DNA from: Candidatus Omnitrophota bacterium
GTDB lineage: Bacteria > Omnitrophota > Gorgyraeia > Ghiorseimicrobiales > Ghiorseimicrobiaceae
DNA: 64,000 nucleotides
Direction: 5' to 3'
Assembly: GCA_030681595.1 (NCBI GenBank)
Contig: JAUXSB010000003.1
Location: 31,207 to 95,206 of the forward strand
The translations under genes were made by a program, and so were the position numbers. The notes beneath the pieces are model-generated. The model was not told the DNA's origin. It did no database searches and worked only from the letters and a program-made list of their open reading frames with translations. Below are positions 8,548 to 20,463 of the stretch, piece by piece (the stretch's first letter is position 1; each line of letters opens with the position of its first letter).

Positions 8548-8582
8548 CAAGCTGCAAGCTGCAAGCTCCAAGCTGCAAGCTT
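8548..8582. repeat. Five tandem 7-bp units CAAGCTN
   Basis: The sequence reads caagctg caagctg caagctc caagctg caagctt, directly upstream (in the minus sense) of the rluA-like start. Confidence 0.8.
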
Positions 8583-8589
8583 TTAGCCT

Positions 8590-8650
8590 GAAGCCTGTGG
8601 CTTTGGCTATATTGAAAGCCAAACCACTGCCCTCTGGCTGGTGGCTTGTA
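8590..8650. repeat. Single copy of the 44-bp hairpin repeat family (GGCTTTGGCTATATTGAAAGCCAAACC core)
   Basis: gtggctttggctatattgaaagccaaaccactgcc at 8597-8632 has the same core as the tandem array at 35608-35794. Confidence 0.8.
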
Positions 8651-8679
8651 GCATGAAGCATATTTTCTCGCTACTTCTT

Positions 8680-10800
8680 TCATTTAAACAGACTATTCGA
8701 TACAATAAACGAGGCAAAAACGATAGAAATCATAGACATGAGCTTTATAAGAATATTTAAGCTCGGCCCTGAGGTATCTTTAAACGGATCCCCTACAGTA
8801 TCTCCGACAACACCTGCCTTATGCGCTAAAGAGCCCTTTCCGCCGAAATGCCCTTCTTCAATATATTTTTTGGCATTATCCCATGCGCCGCCAGAATTTG
8901 CCATCATTACCGCAAGGACAAAACCGCTGACAGTAGCGCCGGTTAAAAATCCGGCAACAGCGTTAACGCCTGCAATCATTCCTACTAAAATAGGGGCGAT
9001 TATGGCTAAGAGTGAAGGCAAAATCATTTCCTTTTGTGCTGCAGAGGTTGCGATATCTACGCAGCGCGCGTAATCCGGCTTTACCTCTCCAGACATAAGG
9101 CCGGCGATTTCTTTAAACTGACGACGCACCTCTACAACAATCTTGCCTGCGGCGCGGCCAACCGCGCGCATAGTCATAGAACAAAATAAAAACGGAAGCA
9201 TCCCGCCTAAAAATAAACCAACTAAGGTAGCCGGATTCATAATGCTCAGATCTAAAGAAATATTTAAGCCTTTCTCTTTTACGATTAGGCCTATCTGATC
9301 GCGGTAAGCGGCAATTAAGGCAAGAGCGGTAAGTGCTGCCGAACCGATAGCAAAGCCCTTACCGGTGGCAGCAGTAGTATTACCCAATGAATCCAAGGCA
9401 TCGGTCCTCTTTCTTACTTCCGGATCCAGATGCGACATCTCGGCATTGCCTCCGGCATTGTCAGCTACCGGCCCATAGGCATCGGTTGCCAAAGTAATCC
9501 CTAAAGTAGAAAGCATACCTACGGCAGAAATAGCAACGCCGTAAAGACCGATGGCAGGGTTTGCGGCTCCCCCGGATAAAAAATAACTTGCCAATATTGC
9601 TGCTGCAACGATAATTACCGGAAGCGCCGTAGACATCATTCCTACGGCAAGCCCGCCGATAATCACAGTTGCGGGGCCGGTTAAGGATTGCTCGGCAATA
9701 AAACGCGTAGGCTTAAACAAGCTTGAGGTATAATATTCAGTAGAGAGTCCGATTAACACGCCTGCCAATAAACCCGCCAATATCGACCAATAGACTCCGA
9801 TATGCTGCCAGCCTAAACAATTCCAAATAAGAAAAAACGAAATTACCGCCACTAAAAATGAACTGGTAAAAACTCCCTTACGTAAAGCCGCGAGTAATAC
9901 TCCTTGAGATGCCTCTTCGCGGCTTTGTACAAAAAACGTCCCAATTATGGAAGAAATTACCCCGACTGCCGCCATAACCATCGGCACCGTGACACCCGCA
10001 AGCCCCAAACCCGCAGCAACGCCTAAGGCGGAAGTCGCGACAATCGAGCCCACATAGGATTCATAAAGATCAGCGCCCATCCCGGCAACATCGCCTACGT
10101 TATCACCGACGTTATCGGCAATTACCGCCGGATTTCTCGGATCATCTTCAGGGATGCCCGCCTCAATTTTTCCTACTAAATCAGCTCCTACATCCGCGGC
10201 CTTGGTAAATATGCCTCCCCCGACTCTGGCAAAAAGCGCCTGGGAAGAAGCGCCCATGCCAAAACAAAGCATAGTTGAAGTAATCGCGGTAATCTTATCA
10301 ATTCCTATAGGTATCGGATGGCTAGAATAATACCAATTAAGAAAATAATACCAAATACTTAAATCCAAAAGGCCCAAACCGACCACGGTTAAACCCATTA
10401 CTGTCCCGCTGGAAAAAGCCACGCGCAGGCCGGAATTTAGGCTCTTCATTGCTGCGGCTGCCGTACGAGCCGAAGACTGTGTGGCAATAGCCATCCCGAT
10501 AAAACCGGAAAGCCCGGAAAATAAACCACCGGTTAAAAAAGCAAATGGCACAAAAATCACCAGATATTTATTCAGCGCCAAAACCAAAAGAATAAAAAAT
10601 ACTATTGCAAAAAATAAAAATACGCCTAAATATTGCCGCTTAAGGTAGGCCCACGCGCCGATTCTAACTGCCTGGGCGATTTCGCGCATTTGCGCGTTAC
10701 CTTCATCTTTTTTTAAAATTGACAACGCCAAATACAGCGCAAACAAAAGCGCTATGATCGAACTTATGGGCGCTAAATATAATATATCAAAACTAGACAT
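8680..10800 (-). CDS. hppA: Membrane-bound ion-translocating inorganic pyrophosphatase
   Basis: 706 aa and polytopic. It carries the signature motifs [31 protein letters not shown] and [17 protein letters not shown]. Confidence 0.93.
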   Translation of the reverse strand: MSSFDILYLAPISSIIALLFALYLALSILKKDEGNAQMREIAQAVRIGAWAYLKRQYLGVFLFFAIVFFILLVLALNKYLVIFVPFAFLTGGLFSGLSGFIGMAIATQSSARTAAAAMKSLNSGLRVAFSSGTVMGLTVVGLGLLDLSIWYYFLNWYYSSHPIPIGIDKITAITSTMLCFGMGASSQALFARVGGGIFTKAADVGADLVGKIEAGIPEDDPRNPAVIADNVGDNVGDVAGMGADLYESYVGSIVATSALGVAAGLGLAGVTVPMVMAAVGVISSIIGTFFVQSREEASQGVLLAALRKGVFTSSFLVAVISFFLIWNCLGWQHIGVYWSILAGLLAGVLIGLSTEYYTSSLFKPTRFIAEQSLTGPATVIIGGLAVGMMSTALPVIIVAAAILASYFLSGGAANPAIGLYGVAISAVGMLSTLGITLATDAYGPVADNAGGNAEMSHLDPEVRKRTDALDSLGNTTAATGKGFAIGSAALTALALIAAYRDQIGLIVKEKGLNISLDLSIMNPATLVGLFLGGMLPFLFCSMTMRAVGRAAGKIVVEVRRQFKEIAGLMSGEVKPDYARCVDIATSAAQKEMILPSLLAIIAPILVGMIAGVNAVAGFLTGATVSGFVLAVMMANSGGAWDNAKKYIEEGHFGGKGSLAHKAGVVGDTVGDPFKDTSGPSLNILIKLMSMISIVFASFIVSNSLFK

Positions 10801-10901
10801 TTATTCTTTTAACCCGAATCGTGCATTAAAAATGGATGAAGATTAGCCATATTCACCATGATCTAATGCACAATTTGGGTTTAACCCTCTTAAAATTTTT
10901 T

Positions 10902-10947
10902 GGGCCAGGCTTAATTCAGGTTCTTCTCTGATTTTAAAGCCTGGCCC
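10902..10947 (-). terminator. GC-rich hairpin downstream of the membrane-protein gene (possible terminator)
   Basis: The stem GGGCCAGGCTT/AAGCCTGGCCC has a 24-nt loop. On the minus strand it is followed by A6T4 rather than a clean U-tract, so the terminator call is weak. Confidence 0.3.
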
Positions 10948-10960
10948 CTTATTTATTATA

Positions 10961-11632
10961 TTATTTCTTTCTTAACTTTTCTACTGCCTCGGAAACCATT
11001 TTACCTACCAGATCCTTGCATCCTAAACCAAACGCCAAAGCAAATCCTATCCCTAAAGACGCCAAAACAATGGTTATTAAAATATTTATAACCGCGGCGC
11101 CTATACTAAGCTGCTCTAACGCAATCACTACCGCAAGGACAGCAATAGCCACTTCAACAACCTTGGCTAAAATCTTTGCTTGTTCAATTCCGGCGTTTAT
11201 TGCCGCGGTACGTACTGTTGCCGCTAAGAACGTTGAAAGGAATATACCTAGCGCCAAAACAATAATCGCGATAATAACATTGGGCACATACAGTACCATC
11301 CTGTTTAACAGGTCTGCGGCTACGGTCAAACCGACAGCATTAACCGCCACCATTATCACGATCAAGACAACCAGCCAATAACATATAGCCCCTATCAATT
11401 CCGCAAGAGTTAATTTTATACCGCCTTTACTCAAGAAAGAATTAGCCCCAATCTGATCTGCGATAGAATCAATCTTGATAAGCTTAAAAAGCCTGGTAAT
11501 TAAATTCTGTACAAGTTTGGCGATAAGCCAACCTATGACTAAAATTACAATTACCAAAAGCAAATTGCTCACTAAAGTACCAATACGGTTGAGCAGGTTA
11601 CTTACCGGCTCAAAAAGAATTGTTTTCCACAT
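10961..11632 (-). CDS. Multi-pass membrane protein of the 'conserved TM helix' / MscS-N-terminal-like type
   Basis: Repeated amphipathic and TM segments (LLLVIVILVIGWLIAKLVQNLITRLFK...). I moved the start to the ATG at 11632 (MWKTILF) because GAAAGGAGG lies 4 nt upstream. The track's extra 8 codons (MSSLKGGS) are a read-through of the conserved leader. Confidence 0.5.
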   Translation of the reverse strand: MWKTILFEPVSNLLNRIGTLVSNLLLVIVILVIGWLIAKLVQNLITRLFKLIKIDSIADQIGANSFLSKGGIKLTLAELIGAICYWLVVLIVIMVAVNAVGLTVAADLLNRMVLYVPNVIIAIIVLALGIFLSTFLAATVRTAAINAGIEQAKILAKVVEVAIAVLAVVIALEQLSIGAAVINILITIVLASLGIGFALAFGLGCKDLVGKMVSEAVEKLRKK

Positions 11633-11636
11633 ACTG

Positions 11637-11755
11637 CCTCCTTTCAATGACGACACAACTTATGGAGTCACGGACGGCATAAGTTGTATGTCGGAATTGA
11701 TGCCGAAAGCTACGAGAAAATTTGTAGCAAATTTTCGAGTGTTTTGCTTTCGGCG
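11637..11755 (-). promoter_or_regulatory. Conserved structured upstream element, copy B
   Basis: Read on the minus strand: CGCCGAAAGC-AAAACA-CTCGAAAATTTG-CTA-CAAATTTTCTCG-TA-GCTTTCGGC, then ATCAATTCC, the hairpin GACATACAACTTATG...CATAAGTTGTGTC, GTCATTGAAAGGAGG and the ATG. Confidence 0.55.
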
Positions 11756-11828
11756 CAATGCATAACTTACAAATTCCAAAACCTCCGGATGAACGAGTTA
11801 TTTACGCGTAGTAAAACCTACCTTTTCA

Positions 11829-13460
<1,632 letters not shown>

Positions 13461-13536
13461 TTATGGCTCTGTCAATATGCAAATTAAGCTATTTGCTTAA
13501 GGGCATCGGGAATACCTATCATTGTGGATCAAAAGA

Positions 13537-15117
13537 TTAGCCGGGCTTCTCGATATCCAAAAGCGCACTGACTATCTTTTTGTCAAAATGGGTCCCCGCC
13601 TCTTTCTTCAATATCGTAAGCGCTTCTTTCCGGGAATACGCCTTCCTATAAGGCCGGTCGGAAGTAAGCGCTTGATAGGCATCGGCTATGGCAACAATGC
13701 GGGCGCTTAAAGGGATTTCCCCGTCCTTTAAGCCCGAAGGATACCCCTGTCCGTCAACCCTCTCATGGTGATGCAGAATTATCGGCGCAACATCCCTTAA
13801 AAAATGCACCGCCCGGATAATCTCAGCGCCTATCTGTGGATGCGTTTTTATTATTTTATATTCTTCGAAACTAAGCTTACCTTTTTTCCGCAGTATTGCG
13901 TCGCTTATGCCTATCTTGCCGATATCATGCAAGACTGCCGCCCGCTCTAAGCTTTCCAGCATATTTTTAGTAAAACCCATTTTTTTGCCGATACTTAAAA
14001 CTATGGAAACCATCCGCTCGGCATGTTCGGCAGTATAATAATCCCTTGCTTCCAAAGATTTGGAAAAAGCATACATCGACTCAAGCACAGTCTGGTCTAC
14101 GCGCTGGCCCAGCTTAACTATCTTTCTTTTTAAAACTTCCACCTCTTTTCTGTGGTCAATCCTTGCTGCCTTCTTTCTTATATTTCTATACATAGAGCTA
14201 AAAAGCATCGCCCTGTTTCCACCGGACTCTTTGGCGCGCTGCAAAGCGTTATCAGCCGCATCAAGGATCTCCTTCGTAGTGGTTAAGCCGCTGTCCAGAG
14301 AAAAATTCGATACGCCCATACTTAGTTTAACCTTAATGGAAATCTTATCTATCTTAAAAATATGGTTATTTAAACGCTCAATTATTCTGCTTGCGATATA
14401 TAAAGCGTTTTTCTTTTCTGTCTGCGGCATTATTGCCACAAATTCTTCTCCGCCGTATCTGGTTAAAATATCGGTCCTGCGCAAGAGATTCCTGACGAAA
14501 TCAGTAAAATCCGACAACAACCTGTTACCTGTTTGATGGCCGTATACATCATTTATGGATTTAAAATAATCTATATCCATAAGCATAACCGAGAGGTTTA
14601 AAGAATGCCGCCTCGCCAACTCAATTTCCGAAGTAAGCCTCTCCATCATGTAGCGGTAATTATAAAGCCCCGTATGCGGGTCTCTCACCGCCAGCTCTCT
14701 GAGCTTTTCCATCTGCCTGCGGTTCTCTTCTTCTAACTTTTTGCGCTCGGTAATATCCCGGGAGATATGGGCAATTGCTTTTATACCACCCTTTTTGCCG
14801 AAGATCGGGTAAGTAATAATTTCTGAATAGTACATTTCCTTATTTTTGCCATGATGTAGATGTTCAGCCTTGGCTACCTTACCGGTCTTTATTGTCTCAA
14901 GCATAGGGCAGGCATCATTCGGCGGAAGGCACTGCGATGTCCTCCTGTGCGTAATCTCGTAACACTTCTTCCCTTTAATGTCTTTTAAGGAAAGGCCCTC
15001 TTTATCCAAATACTGTTTATTTACCGTAACAATTGTGTAATCTTTCGGATTAACAATTAACACTATATCCGAGATAGCGTCAATTATTTCTTTAAAAAGT
15101 TCTCTGGTGATTTTCAT
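13537..15117 (-). CDS. PAS - GGDEF - HD-GYP cyclic-di-GMP signalling protein
   Basis: 526 aa. An N-terminal PAS-like region is followed by the GGDEF active site RYGGEEF. The C-terminus has HDIGK and HHERVDGQGYP, the HD-GYP motifs. Confidence 0.85.
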   Translation of the reverse strand: MKITRELFKEIIDAISDIVLIVNPKDYTIVTVNKQYLDKEGLSLKDIKGKKCYEITHRRTSQCLPPNDACPMLETIKTGKVAKAEHLHHGKNKEMYYSEIITYPIFGKKGGIKAIAHISRDITERKKLEEENRRQMEKLRELAVRDPHTGLYNYRYMMERLTSEIELARRHSLNLSVMLMDIDYFKSINDVYGHQTGNRLLSDFTDFVRNLLRRTDILTRYGGEEFVAIMPQTEKKNALYIASRIIERLNNHIFKIDKISIKVKLSMGVSNFSLDSGLTTTKEILDAADNALQRAKESGGNRAMLFSSMYRNIRKKAARIDHRKEVEVLKRKIVKLGQRVDQTVLESMYAFSKSLEARDYYTAEHAERMVSIVLSIGKKMGFTKNMLESLERAAVLHDIGKIGISDAILRKKGKLSFEEYKIIKTHPQIGAEIIRAVHFLRDVAPIILHHHERVDGQGYPSGLKDGEIPLSARIVAIADAYQALTSDRPYRKAYSRKEALTILKKEAGTHFDKKIVSALLDIEKPG

Positions 15118-15131
15118 AGATTTAGCCCGAT

Positions 15132-15380
15132 TTAATGGTTTATATGCGGATGTTTTAGCTTATACCATTCGCAGAAAAAGCATTTCTCAATGCCGCGTTT
15201 ATCGCTGACTCTGCCGCAATATTGAGCCGCGACATGCCAACACTCTTTATCCGATTTATGGCTTTGGCGATATGGAAAGCCAAACCATTGCCTTGCCGGC
15301 TTATAGGCGGGGCAATTTTCTCTTGATTCTATTTTACATTCAAAATATTCCCAGCATGTTTTGGCATCTTTGTCAGGCAT
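15132..15380 (-). CDS. Small Cys-rich protein with two C-W motifs ('two-CW'-type)
   Basis: I take the start at the ATG at 15380 (MPDKDAKTCWEYFEC...CPAY...ECWHVAAQYCG...CFFCEWYK). The ATG overlaps the upstream kinase stop by 8 nt (ATGCCTGA). It is a paralog of 25662-25904. Confidence 0.55.
   Translation of the reverse strand: MPDKDAKTCWEYFECKIESRENCPAYKPARQWFGFPYRQSHKSDKECWHVAAQYCGRVSDKRGIEKCFFCEWYKLKHPHINH
15257..15304. repeat. Copy of the 44-bp hairpin repeat embedded in-frame in the two-CW gene
   Basis: ttatggctttggcgatatggaaagccaaaccattgccttgccggcttat is about 90% identical to the units at 35608-35794. It encodes KPARQWFGFPYRQSHK, a segment absent from the paralog. Confidence 0.75.
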
Positions 15381-16917
15381 GCTTTTTAGGTATAGTAAAG
15401 ATGAATTTGCTCCCCTCGCCCGGTTCCGACTCAACCCAAATTTTACCTTTATGCGCCTCAACAATTGCCTTTACTATGGATAAACCTAAGCCGGTTCCTC
15501 CCTGTTTACGTGATTCCCTATCGTATATTTGCTTAAATTTATCAAAAATTTTTTCCTGATCCTCTTTGGCTATGCCTTTTCCGGTATCAGAAACCGAACA
15601 CTCTATTGCTCCGGAAACATCTTTAACATCAATATGGATCCGGCCGTTTTCCGGAGTAAACTTAACCGCGTTAGAGATAAGATTAATAAAAACCTGCTCC
15701 AGCTTACTAAAATCTGCTAAAAACTCTACCCCTTCAGAAATAGAATAACCGGCGTTAAGATGCCGCTGCGCTATTAGAGGCTCAAAATCCGCCAGGCATT
15801 GTTGAATAAGCCGTTTTATATCTATCCGCTCTATATTTAGCTCATATTCTCCGGATTCTATTTTAGATAAATCCAACAGGTCTCCGGCCAAACCCAAGAG
15901 GCGGCTCGAAGTATTCCTGATTATTTCCAGGCATTGTTTCTGCTCTTCATTTATCGCGCCGGTTATCCCATCCAATACATTATTTACGCTTGCCTTGATT
16001 ATAGACAAAGGGGCCTTTAATTCATGGGTAACCATAGAAACAAAATCTGCCCGCATCTTCTCTATCGCCCTAATCTTACTGATATCTTTAAAAACCCAAA
16101 CGGCTCCGGTAACCCTGCTGTCGTTATCTTTTAATAATGAAAGACTGCTTAGGACAGGGATCTTCGCGTTGGGGCTGGGGCTTAATATAAATTCTGCCTC
16201 AAGAGTATTGCTGCCTGATGAAAGTAATTTTTCAAAATAGCAAACATTTTCGCATAGCGATCCAGAAAAAACCTGACAACACTCCCTGCCTAATACGTCC
16301 TTAGCCAAAAACCCGCTCATCAGTTCCATCGCGGGGTTAAAAGAGGTGATTTTTTTTTCGGAATCTAGGGTAATCAGGCCCTCGGTAAGGCTTAAAAGTA
16401 TAGCTTCAAGCTTTGTCTTTTCTAATGTCAGGCGATAGAGTTGCTTGTCTAAAAGGATGCTTACCTTAGAAAGGATCTCAACCGGATCCGAAGGAGAAAT
16501 AACCGCATCCGGTATGGCAATATCCCGCTTAGCCTTCCGGTAACCAGCAATAAATTTTTTAACTGTCTTTATGATTATTTCCGGAGTGTTAAAATCCTTA
16601 ACCATGAATTCATCTGCGCCGGTCTCAAGGCTCCAGAATTTTTCACTCTCTCCCTCCCGGCTGGTTAACATTAACACGGGTATACCAGAAATATCTTTAT
16701 CATCTTTAAGCAGGCGGCAAACCTGATAACCGTTCATCCGCGGCATAAATATATCCAAAAGTATTATATCCGGCCGCTCCCGATAAACGCTCCTGATGGC
16801 TTCGATTCCATCCGATGAAGTAACTGTCAAATACCCCTCATTTTTAAAAATGGAACTCAGCATATCCCTAACGGTAGGGCTGTCATCAGCGATTAAAATT
16901 TTCCCTTTATTATTCAT
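15373..16917 (-). CDS. Hybrid sensor: N-terminal receiver - PAS - histidine kinase
   Basis: 514 aa. The receiver region reads ILIADDSPTVRDML...LLDIFMPRMNG. It also has the H-box HELKAPL, the N-box NLISNAVKFT, and GTGLGLSIVK. Confidence 0.88.
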   Translation of the reverse strand: MNNKGKILIADDSPTVRDMLSSIFKNEGYLTVTSSDGIEAIRSVYRERPDIILLDIFMPRMNGYQVCRLLKDDKDISGIPVLMLTSREGESEKFWSLETGADEFMVKDFNTPEIIIKTVKKFIAGYRKAKRDIAIPDAVISPSDPVEILSKVSILLDKQLYRLTLEKTKLEAILLSLTEGLITLDSEKKITSFNPAMELMSGFLAKDVLGRECCQVFSGSLCENVCYFEKLLSSGSNTLEAEFILSPSPNAKIPVLSSLSLLKDNDSRVTGAVWVFKDISKIRAIEKMRADFVSMVTHELKAPLSIIKASVNNVLDGITGAINEEQKQCLEIIRNTSSRLLGLAGDLLDLSKIESGEYELNIERIDIKRLIQQCLADFEPLIAQRHLNAGYSISEGVEFLADFSKLEQVFINLISNAVKFTPENGRIHIDVKDVSGAIECSVSDTGKGIAKEDQEKIFDKFKQIYDRESRKQGGTGLGLSIVKAIVEAHKGKIWVESEPGEGSKFIFTIPKKHA

Positions 16918-18470
16918 TTTGGTTTTACTGTTTCTATGTTTTTTTTGCAGGCGGCAAGCAATACTCCCGTGGTGACATCTTCCGAAAAAACAACCACTTC
17001 GTCTTTAGGCCTCTTAGCTAATATCTCCGAAGCGTTTCTAAATTCCCGCTCTGCTTTTTTAAATCTTTTCTGGCAATAAAAAATATTCCCCAGGTTAAAA
17101 TAGGCTAAGGCCATCGCCGGGTTAATATAGATCACCTTCTGAAAACCCTCTATCGCCTTATCCAAATCGCCCAACCTATTGAAAAGTACCCCCATTAAAT
17201 AATAAGCCTCTATAAAAAGGTTATCCACCTTGATAATCCGCTTTAATTCAGCTACGGCTTTTGCGTATTCGGCTTGATTAGAAAGTATCGTGGCTTTGGC
17301 AAAATATGCCTGGGTAAACTCGCGGTCTTCGGAAATTATCTTGTCAAAAACCGTAAGGGCTCTGTCGTATTTTTTCTCCTTAAACAACCTTACCCCTTCT
17401 TCAAAATCCGCTAAGTGCGCATCAAGAGCGGGCTTCTTCTCCGGTTCTTCCTGCCTTAAGGCAGGTTCTGCTATTTCCGGCAGCTCTTCGGCAACATGTA
17501 ATACCGACTCCAGATCAAGCTCCGGAATATTTATAAAAGGTTTTTCTGTTTCAATGGCTGCGCCGATTTGTTTTCTGTGAATAAAAACGTGGGGGAATTC
17601 AACTGCGCGAAATTTATTGGAAATCTGCCACAGGCTTTCTGCCGGGCCGATAAAAAGATATCCTTCGTCATTTAAGCAATTATAAAAATTATCAATAATC
17701 TTTTTGGTATTGGCTAAATCAAAATAAATAAGCACATTACGGCAGAAAATTATATCCAGATCCTGCATGTCGCCTAAATCAAATTCATCTTTAGACAAAT
17801 TATGGCGGGCGAATTTAACCATCATTCTTAGCGAAGGGCTGACCTCATACTTATCTCCGGCCGGAATAAAATATTTCTCAAGGATTTCCGGGCCTAAATT
17901 TCTTACTGCCTTTTTACTATAAAGGCCGAGCCTTGCTTTTTCAAGGCGCTCTCTGTTCACATCGGTAGTAAATACCGAAACTGCCCCATAGGCTGCCTGC
18001 GGTATCGTTTCCAGGGCATTTATTGCTATGGTGTAAGGCTCCTCACCTGTTGAACATCCCGCAGACCATATCTTAATCACCGGCTCGATATGGCCCGCCT
18101 CATTCTGCTTTGAAAGTTTATTTAAACGAGCAAATTTCCTGCGCGCAATCTCCGGCAGGATAAACTCACGTAAAACATCAAAATGCGCGGGGGTCCTGAA
18201 AAAGTCTGTTTCTCCTACTGTAATCAAATCAAGAAGATTAAAAATCTCCCTTCTACCCTCTAATCCGGAAGTTAAAAAACTATAGTAATCAGCAAAAGAC
18301 CGCTTGCCTGCCTTTTCCATTCTTTCTACAAGGCTAAAAGAAAGCGAATCCTTCTGGTCGATATTAAAATATATGCCGCTTTCTTGTAAAATAATCGGTT
18401 GGAATAAAGCGAACTCTTCTTTGGTCAGGGCATTAGGGTTAACTTTAAGATCCGGCATAGTTAAGATCAA
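16914..18470 (-). CDS. cheR: CheR-type chemotaxis methyltransferase fused to C-terminal TPR repeats
   Basis: 518 aa. ETDFFR, IWSAGCSTGEEPYTIAI and IFCRNVLIYF are CheR motifs. The C-terminal ~170 aa are TPR-like (YFAKATIL...AYYLMGVLF...AYFNLGNIF). Confidence 0.85.
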   Translation of the reverse strand: MILTMPDLKVNPNALTKEEFALFQPIILQESGIYFNIDQKDSLSFSLVERMEKAGKRSFADYYSFLTSGLEGRREIFNLLDLITVGETDFFRTPAHFDVLREFILPEIARRKFARLNKLSKQNEAGHIEPVIKIWSAGCSTGEEPYTIAINALETIPQAAYGAVSVFTTDVNRERLEKARLGLYSKKAVRNLGPEILEKYFIPAGDKYEVSPSLRMMVKFARHNLSKDEFDLGDMQDLDIIFCRNVLIYFDLANTKKIIDNFYNCLNDEGYLFIGPAESLWQISNKFRAVEFPHVFIHRKQIGAAIETEKPFINIPELDLESVLHVAEELPEIAEPALRQEEPEKKPALDAHLADFEEGVRLFKEKKYDRALTVFDKIISEDREFTQAYFAKATILSNQAEYAKAVAELKRIIKVDNLFIEAYYLMGVLFNRLGDLDKAIEGFQKVIYINPAMALAYFNLGNIFYCQKRFKKAEREFRNASEILAKRPKDEVVVFSEDVTTGVLLAACKKNIETVKPK

Positions 18471-18472
18471 CT

Positions 18473-18841
18473 TTAATCAAGAACAAGCATGCTCTTGGCA
18501 GTATTAATTATCTCACGGGGGTCTGTTTCTTTAGTTACGTATTTATCCGCGCCACATTCTAAGCCTAAATTTTTGGAACTGTCGTCTTTTCTTCCGGTCA
18601 GCATCAATACTTTTATTTTTTTAAGTTTCACGTCTTTCTTAACCATCGCACAGACATGAAAACCGTCTAACTGGGGAAGCATTAAATCTAAAATTATCAA
18701 ATCCGGTATTTCCTTGCGAGCTACAGTTAAGGCGTCTACGCCGTTATTCGCGGTTAATATGGTATTTTCGCTATCCTCCAATCCTTTACTCAGCATCTGA
18801 ACTATTGTAGGGCTATCATCGACAATTAAGATCTTAGGCAT
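18473..18841 (-). CDS. cheY: CheY-like single-domain response regulator
   Basis: 122 aa. It has ILIVDDSPTIVQML, DLIILDLMLPQLDG and the conserved K in ADKYVTK. Confidence 0.85.
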   Translation of the reverse strand: MPKILIVDDSPTIVQMLSKGLEDSENTILTANNGVDALTVARKEIPDLIILDLMLPQLDGFHVCAMVKKDVKLKKIKVLMLTGRKDDSSKNLGLECGADKYVTKETDPREIINTAKSMLVLD

Positions 18842-19331
18842 TGCCTTCCCTCCTTCGAATACCCACGAGATGTCTTAATTCTTCCTCATCCAAGACTAAA
18901 TCTAAACTAAGAATAAAAACCATTTTGTCATCTTTTTTAGCTACTGCCTTAATGAAGCTATTTTTTACTTCTAGGTTTACCAGCGGCGGCGCCGCTTCAA
19001 CAGCCTCTTCAGGAATACTCGTTACCTCAAGTACGCTGTCTACAATAAGGCCGACTAAAGCATTTTTTATGCGTACGATCATAATTCGTGTTTCTTTATC
19101 AAATACCTGTTTCTTTAATTCAAAAAGTTTCCTTAAGTCAATAACTCCTATTATGTGGCCCCTTAAATTTATTACCCCTTCAATAAAAGGCGGCATCTTG
19201 GGTAAAGGAGAAATCTCCTGAATTTTTAAAACTTCTCTTATATTTTTAACATCTACCCCGAATCGTTCTTTGCCTAAAGTAAAAATCACCACGTTTAAAT
19301 TTTGCCTTTTTTCCTTAATGAAGTCTCCCAT
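18834..19331 (-). CDS. cheW: CheW coupling protein
   Basis: It has FTLGKERFGVDVKNIREV...INLRGHIIGVIDLRK. I placed the start at the ATG at 19331 (MGDFIKE), which is preceded by GGGGAAAG. The track uses an upstream TTG. Confidence 0.85.
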   Translation of the reverse strand: MGDFIKEKRQNLNVVIFTLGKERFGVDVKNIREVLKIQEISPLPKMPPFIEGVINLRGHIIGVIDLRKLFELKKQVFDKETRIMIVRIKNALVGLIVDSVLEVTSIPEEAVEAAPPLVNLEVKNSFIKAVAKKDDKMVFILSLDLVLDEEELRHLVGIRRREGNA

Positions 19332-19351
19332 AATCTTTCCCCGCAAACAAC

Positions 19352-20395
19352 CTACGAATTATTTATGAGTTCGTTGGCTATTTTATCAATGGGCAGCACC
19401 TTGTCTACCGCGCCCAGATCAATTGCCTCCTTGGGCATACCGAAAACTATGCAAGTTTTTTCATCTTGAGCGATAGTCTTACCGCCTGCTTCTTTAATTG
19501 CCTTAATGCCGCCTGCGCCGTCTCGGCCCATGCCGGTTAATATTACTCCCACGCTTTCATTCTTATAAACATCCGCCACTGACTTAAAAAGGATATCTGC
19601 GGATGGCTTAAAATTACCATAAGGCGCTTCGTCACTAAGTTCAATCGCCCCCGATTTTACTACCTTCATTTGAAAATCATTAGGCGCCACATAAGCTGTA
19701 CCCGCCTCGATACCTTCGTTATTCTCGGCTAATTTTATCTTAAGCGCACAGCAATTCGCCAGCCATTCCACCAATCCCTGGTCAAAACCTTTAGCAATAT
19801 GCTGGACTATCAGTATGCCCCAGGGAAAATTTTTAGGAATTCCGGTCAGAATAGAAGACAGGGCCTGAGGGCCTCCGGTAGAGGCGGCGATAGCCACAAT
19901 CTTTTTAAGCAATGCTTCTTTCGGAGGTGCCTGCCCTGATTTAACAGAGACTATAGGCACTGCTGATTTTTCTAACTTTGCCAAAGGGTGCTTGATTACT
20001 TTTACTTTAGACAAAAGCTTAATTTTATCAATAAGGGCGTCCTTTACTTTCTCTTCGATAAAGTCATTTTCAAAATTAATTTTCTCTACTACATCCAGCG
20101 CACCGAAAGAAATAGCCTTAAAAACCTCATCCATTTTACGCGGATAAGACGAAGTCAAAAGTAAAATAGGGGTAGGTTGGTAAGCCATGATCTGCTTAGT
20201 CGCTTCAACGCCGTTAATATCCGGCATCATAATATCCATCGTAATAATGTCCGGCTTAAGCGAAAAAGCAAGCTTTATCCCTTCTCTGCCGCTTGCGGCA
20301 ATACCAACAACTCTTAATTCCCGGTCAGAATCAAAAAGTTTTGTTAAGACCTTACTCACTAAAGGTGAATCCTCAACGATGAGAATGTTAATCAA
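19352..20395 (-). CDS. cheB: CheB protein-glutamate methylesterase (receiver + esterase)
   Basis: 347 aa. An N-terminal receiver domain is followed by the esterase motifs AIAASTGGPQAL, VQHI and LTGMGRDG. Confidence 0.9.
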   Translation of the reverse strand: MINILIVEDSPLVSKVLTKLFDSDRELRVVGIAASGREGIKLAFSLKPDIITMDIMMPDINGVEATKQIMAYQPTPILLLTSSYPRKMDEVFKAISFGALDVVEKINFENDFIEEKVKDALIDKIKLLSKVKVIKHPLAKLEKSAVPIVSVKSGQAPPKEALLKKIVAIAASTGGPQALSSILTGIPKNFPWGILIVQHIAKGFDQGLVEWLANCCALKIKLAENNEGIEAGTAYVAPNDFQMKVVKSGAIELSDEAPYGNFKPSADILFKSVADVYKNESVGVILTGMGRDGAGGIKAIKEAGGKTIAQDEKTCIVFGMPKEAIDLGAVDKVLPIDKIANELINNS

Positions 20396-20463
20396 ATTAT
20401 AAACCTCCTTTAAAATAAATGGCGCTAAAAAATTTAGCCAAAAACCTGCGCTTTTTTTATTTA